Of a DNA stretch of 64,000 nt, positions 59,556 to 64,000 are shown piece by piece; the first letter of the stretch is position 1, and each line of letters begins with the position of its first letter. Location of the stretch: positions 96,001-160,000 of IMG/VR virus record IMGVR_UViG_3300026488_000011. One strand, written 5' to 3'. The notes below the pieces were generated by a model that saw nothing but the letters and a program-made list of their open reading frames with translations, did not search any database and had not been told where the DNA came from. The position numbers and the translations under genes were made by a program. This DNA is from a virus.

Positions 59556-62500
59556 AGATTCTTTAAATAGATTACCGTAAGCGCTTAATACACTAATGTT
59601 AGGTTTGTCAATCAGGAAACCTCTCTGTAGTTTTCTAAATCCGTTAACGGACACTACATCGTTAAATTTTACGACTTTTGTAACTGTATTTACATCATAA
59701 TCTGTTAATTCAATATTGTTAGAATCTACTACTTTTATTTTCTTACTAAGTCTTAAAGACTCTGGAACCTGTGAAAGATCATAAGTTAATCTAATTTTCT
59801 TGTATTCTTCTTTAAATAGCTTTTGAATCTCTGAAGGAGATAACGATCTGTTAAAGATTCTTAGCTGGTCTATAGATCCGTTCAAATATGAACTTAATGT
59901 ATCTCCGTAACGATGAACACCTAATAGTCCAGTCATGCCATCGTTAAATATTAAGTCACCTGTATAAGCAACTGTGTATGATTTAACACCATTAATCCAC
60001 AAAGTAATTGTTTTAGCAGTTACATCATGAGTAATTGTTAGCAACTTAGGACTGTTAAAGATGTCTTTAGGAAAATAATATATCTTTTGCTCATTATCTT
60101 CCGTTCCTTTTACGGTAAATTCAAAATATATACTATCGCTACTTCCTACGAGTACGCCTCCCTTGCAATCAGCGCTGCTTCCATCAGTGTCTAAATTTCT
60201 GATATTTAAAAACGTACCAGATCCATCAGATTGGAACCATCCAGAAACGGTGTATGACTTTTGTGTAAACACGTCGTCCAGATTACCTATGTTGATATAA
60301 GTATTTCCATCGAAATAGGCAGCATCGTCGTACTTACCAAGAGTGTAAAGTTCATTTCCGTTCCAAGTAGGATTATAATTGCCTAACTTGTCCTCTATGT
60401 TACCATCCATAGGCATGAATAATACAGCAGAATTATCTCCAAATGGATCAGGGTTATTTACTGTGCTGTCTAGTACTAACTCACCATTACCAATGCTAGT
60501 ACCGGCATCTGTAATAATGTTAAAATCTTTATTTGCTATATCCACGATTTCTGGTTCTAAGATTTCTGCTTCGCTATCTGTCTTTGTTAAAATGTTTTTA
60601 GGCCTATGCATAGGTAGTAAAACCCCTAGTCCTTCTACTGCAATCTCGCTAGGTACTATTATTCTTTTAATTTGTTCCTTGTAGAGACTGTATACCTCGT
60701 CACTATTTAATACTCTACCAGTAATTCTAATTTGATCAATTTTATCTCCTGCAGATAAGAAATTATTATAGACCGTACTACCGTTATTATCATCAATATC
60801 AGCGCCGAATACAATTGGTGTATTTATTATACTTCCAGGAATTTCAAAGAGATCCTCTGCTACTAGTTTTCCGTTAATACAAATGTTTCCATTGTTGGTA
60901 ACTACAATGTGATGCCATTTACCAGTAGTGAAATAATCATCCAGACTGGTTATAAATTTAGGATTTTCAGTACCAGCAACTACTGCGTATGTTGTTCCTA
61001 CATTCCCGTTATGTGTACTCACTGCTACATTCTTCCATAATTGGAGTGTGTTTGAATTATCTTTACTAATAGTGAATATGGTTGTGTTATCGTTATTATC
61101 AGTAGTATTTTCTAGAGGATCGGTAGCTGGATAATACCAAAAACTTAATGAGAATTCATCTGGTAATGTATCAATATTTGTCTTTAGATAGCTGCTTCCA
61201 TCGTATAGCAGTGCCTTGCCTCCGAATACTCCGTCGTCATATTGCTCAGTACCTATTACTTCTGCTGTATGATTTCCTGTAAGATCTTCTGTAGTAGACT
61301 TATCAAATGTAAATACTGCTACAACTTCACTATCTTCATTTTCAAATACATTAGCTTTACTAAGTGTACCTTCTAGGGTAATATCATCTTTAGTTAGTAC
61401 CTTAGAACCTTTAGTAGTTAATAATATGTCTTCCTCGTCAACATTTGTAATAGGCAGGGCATTACTCTTAATAACGTTATCAGAACCTAACTTCATTTCT
61501 ACTGGTACAGTCTCAAACGTACTAAATACTTCTTCATCAGTATGGAATGCAAGTTTATCATTGCCTTTAAACGTTATTAATTTTGGTTCTTCTTCTAAGT
61601 TTAGATTTGAAATATCGTACACGTTACACTTCAATGCTTCATTGTACACTATAGAAGCTTCATTATCGTTTAGCACTTTCTTAAACAATCTTACTTGGTC
61701 TATGTAGCCCGTTACTGATATATTATATTTCGCGTCATATCTAGTTAAGATACCTAATTCAATAAGGTAATTGGATTCTTCGTTGCCTCCACTATACAAC
61801 CAGTCTTTGTTACTAGCACTTACAGTGTCCCCGAATACTAATTCGCCATTTATATAAATATTTAGATACCCAGTTGATTTATTGTATCCTGAAGTAACAT
61901 GGTACCACTTATCAGGATCAATCTTAAACCCGGTTTTTGTCCATGTCCAGTTATCTTCACCTGCTGCGTATACTAGTTCACCATCACTGTCGATACCTAA
62001 TTCATAAAGACGATAACCAGCATTAAGCAATGTGATATCGTATGTAGTGTCTCCGACTGTTGGATAATCGCCATTCCAGTTAAACCAGAAACTCACTGTT
62101 AATTCATCATCGAGATAATCTGCTAACTTAGTAGATACACCGAATCTATGGTCTGGGTTAACTTTCAAGGCGTACCCGTATTTACCATTAGTAAACAGCG
62201 GGGTCACGTCGGCAGGATCTGGCGTGTCAGTATTATTATACGTGTTACCATCGGTTACTCTACCTGGGATATACTTAAATTCATTATCTATGTTACCTTC
62301 GAATCTAAATAGTCCTATAGCCGAACGATCGCCTAATATATCTAGATACGTGACTCCTGCGCCATTTATAGTATTATAATCAATAAACGAAGCCTCTGTT
62401 TCCTCCATAGTATTGTCGTTTTTTATTAATAGCAAGTTTTTATTTTTACTTAACTTCATCATTATTTCGTCTATAACGCTTTCATCAGTCACCGGCCTAC

Positions 62501-62702
62501 ATATATCACGAACTGCATTATAAGGCAAAACTACCTTGTCTTTTCCATATGGAAATAGTCTAAAACCTTTAGTAGTTAAGCTATTATCTTTAACACTAGT
62601 CCAGTTCTTATCTGTCGCGTCTTGCTCTACATATGTTTCCGCGTAAAACGCCTCTTTTGTTTTATCATAGATCCTGTTTTCAGGTGTAAATAAAATATTC
62701 AT
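59550..62702 (-). CDS. Virion protein with three LamG/concanavalin-A-like domains (1050 aa)
   Basis: Three LamG repeats ending GYIDQVRLF, DKIDQIRIT, GSIDQLRIFNR; C-terminal GFRKLQRG shared with 51025-53910. Confidence 0.82.
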   Translation of the reverse strand: MNILFTPENRIYDKTKEAFYAETYVEQDATDKNWTSVKDNSLTTKGFRLFPYGKDKVVLPYNAVRDICRPVTDESVIDEIMMKLSKNKNLLLIKNDNTMEETEASFIDYNTINGAGVTYLDILGDRSAIGLFRFEGNIDNEFKYIPGRVTDGNTYNNTDTPDPADVTPLFTNGKYGYALKVNPDHRFGVSTKLADYLDDELTVSFWFNWNGDYPTVGDTTYDITLLNAGYRLYELGIDSDGELVYAAGEDNWTWTKTGFKIDPDKWYHVTSGYNKSTGYLNIYINGELVFGDTVSASNKDWLYSGGNEESNYLIELGILTRYDAKYNISVTGYIDQVRLFKKVLNDNEASIVYNEALKCNVYDISNLNLEEEPKLITFKGNDKLAFHTDEEVFSTFETVPVEMKLGSDNVIKSNALPITNVDEEDILLTTKGSKVLTKDDITLEGTLSKANVFENEDSEVVAVFTFDKSTTEDLTGNHTAEVIGTEQYDDGVFGGKALLYDGSSYLKTNIDTLPDEFSLSFWYYPATDPLENTTDNNDNTTIFTISKDNSNTLQLWKNVAVSTHNGNVGTTYAVVAGTENPKFITSLDDYFTTGKWHHIVVTNNGNICINGKLVAEDLFEIPGSIINTPIVFGADIDDNNGSTVYNNFLSAGDKIDQIRITGRVLNSDEVYSLYKEQIKRIIVPSEIAVEGLGVLLPMHRPKNILTKTDSEAEILEPEIVDIANKDFNIITDAGTSIGNGELVLDSTVNNPDPFGDNSAVLFMPMDGNIEDKLGNYNPTWNGNELYTLGKYDDAAYFDGNTYINIGNLDDVFTQKSYTVSGWFQSDGSGTFLNIRNLDTDGSSADCKGGVLVGSSDSIYFEFTVKGTEDNEQKIYYFPKDIFNSPKLLTITHDVTAKTITLWINGVKSYTVAYTGDLIFNDGMTGLLGVHRYGDTLSSYLNGSIDQLRIFNRSLSPSEIQKLFKEEYKKIRLTYDLSQVPESLRLSKKIKVVDSNNIELTDYDVNTVTKVVKFNDVVSVNGFRKLQRGFLIDKPNISVLSAYGNLFKESD

Positions 62703-62713
62703 GTTCTCTCCTT

Positions 62714-63439
62714 TTATCTCATTCCGTCTGTATTATCAGAGGTAGTTAAATATTCAAAGTTTACTGAATTATCTCCATCCATATACACAATAGGATCATC
62801 GTTATTTATTATCTGGTCACTTACTTCAGGAACTAATTCAGCCTTTAAGTAAAATATCACAGGATCACTAATTAAGTAACCCGGCTTAGCTGCTGCTAAT
62901 TTAATTTCTATTGTAGTAGATTCTGATATATTCTCCAAATTGATTAGTAGTTTATTATTATTTAAGACAGCTTCACCTGCACTAGTAAAGACATAATATA
63001 TAGATTTAGGATCATAATTTAGAATATTATATTCCGCTACTGTTCCAACGTAGACTTTACTAGGTCCACTGACCTTAGGTGTTTCAGTTATATACTTATC
63101 TAAGTTTATTTGTGCTGCTACTTCTGGTAATGTATCTAGCCAACCGCTTCCATCAAAAAACTTGAGTTTTTTATCGTTAATGTCTAAGTAATAATCTCCT
63201 GGTTGTAATGGAGCTCCATCTGGTCTACTCGAAGGTGTTCCTTCATATGCTCCAATATATCTTTTACCAAATACATTAATCAGTTTACTAATATTAGGTA
63301 TCTTCTTTTCAATAACATTGCCTAATTGGTCTCTTACCACCCACATGATATCTTTATCATTTACTGGGTCTAGGAGATCATTCAGTACTTTGCTGATGTT
63401 TATCACATTCTCGGATATCGTTCTCCATGGTAATGCCAT
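62714..63439 (-). CDS. Tail fibre adaptor-like protein with LPW N-terminal module (241 aa)
   Basis: MALPWRTISENVINISKVL; paralog of 53925-54776. Confidence 0.6.
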   Translation of the reverse strand: MALPWRTISENVINISKVLNDLLDPVNDKDIMWVVRDQLGNVIEKKIPNISKLINVFGKRYIGAYEGTPSSRPDGAPLQPGDYYLDINDKKLKFFDGSGWLDTLPEVAAQINLDKYITETPKVSGPSKVYVGTVAEYNILNYDPKSIYYVFTSAGEAVLNNNKLLINLENISESTTIEIKLAAAKPGYLISDPVIFYLKAELVPEVSDQIINNDDPIVYMDGDNSVNFEYLTTSDNTDGMR

Positions 63440-63449
63440 TTTATTCTCC

Positions 63450-63926
63450 TTAAATTGTTTTAGCTGTACTGTATATAATAGTAGCTACAGTGTTAGTTAA
63501 TAATTCATTAGCCACATCATGTACCTCTTCTAAACTATCATTTAGCTCTAATACGTAATTTTCAGATAGTACTGGTTCTAACTCATTGGCAGTAGTTTTA
63601 TCAGCTACGTATGGTAAACTATTTAATCTAAACTGTACAGGATTACCATCTGCATCTTCGAAATTAAGTGTAACCATTACATTATATTCTACACCTACTC
63701 TGAAAAGTGATTTATCGACGTATAGTACAGTTAAGTTGTCTGTATCGTTAGGTCTATCTATTACAGGATTATTATTTTCATCTTCTACATACCAACTAGT
63801 AGAAGTATGAGTGTATCCGTCTTTTACATCCAGGTTTAATATTTTATATTTGAATTTTCCTTCAGGAATACCTGGATCAGTAGTGTTAACCTCTATATAA
63901 GGTATGCCATTTACTGGTATTAACAT
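63450..63926 (-). CDS. Hypothetical tail-region protein
   Basis: ORF; likely start 63926 behind AAGGAG. Confidence 0.55.
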   Translation of the reverse strand: MLIPVNGIPYIEVNTTDPGIPEGKFKYKILNLDVKDGYTHTSTSWYVEDENNNPVIDRPNDTDNLTVLYVDKSLFRVGVEYNVMVTLNFEDADGNPVQFRLNSLPYVADKTTANELEPVLSENYVLELNDSLEEVHDVANELLTNTVATIIYSTAKTI

Positions 63927-64000
63927 ATTATCTCCTTTATTAGAATTCAAGTTAAGACGACAGGAGCACTAGCTCTCTGCCGTCTTTATAACTAATGTTT

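Noticed and set aside
1-64000. Stop-codon reassignment
   Set aside because: Conserved genes read full length in code 11 and end at TAA, TAG and TGA.

Overview
AT-rich 64 kb segment of a phiKZ-like jumbo phage genome. It encodes two sets of multisubunit RNA polymerase subunits (virion beta and beta', plus the N-terminal beta' of the non-virion enzyme), a giant tail-associated lysin, a baseplate spike, an SbcC-like ATPase, RuvC, RNase H, class Ia ribonucleotide reductase, dispersed lysis genes and an ~18 kb modular tail-fibre/receptor-binding region. NrdA/NrdB resemble Campylobacterota-type enzymes and a spanin-like pair implies a Gram-negative host (inference). The standout observation is in the non-virion RNAP beta' gene. 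Its catalytic NGD-FDG-D motif is split by two tandem group I introns (3972-5749 and 3547-3962) around a 9-nt micro-exon (3963-3971, TTC GAC GGT = F-D-G). P1, P3, P7 pairings (and P10 for intron 1) can be read directly from the sequence. Intron 1 carries an HNH homing endonuclease looped out of P1, with its RBS sequestered in a hairpin. Other items of interest are a degenerate GGDEF-like protein, an origin-like purine-skewed intergenic region, about 20 long perfect inverted repeats at gene ends, and duplicated tail-fibre cassettes sharing an N-terminal LPW module. Family assignments come from motif recognition by eye; no database search was run.
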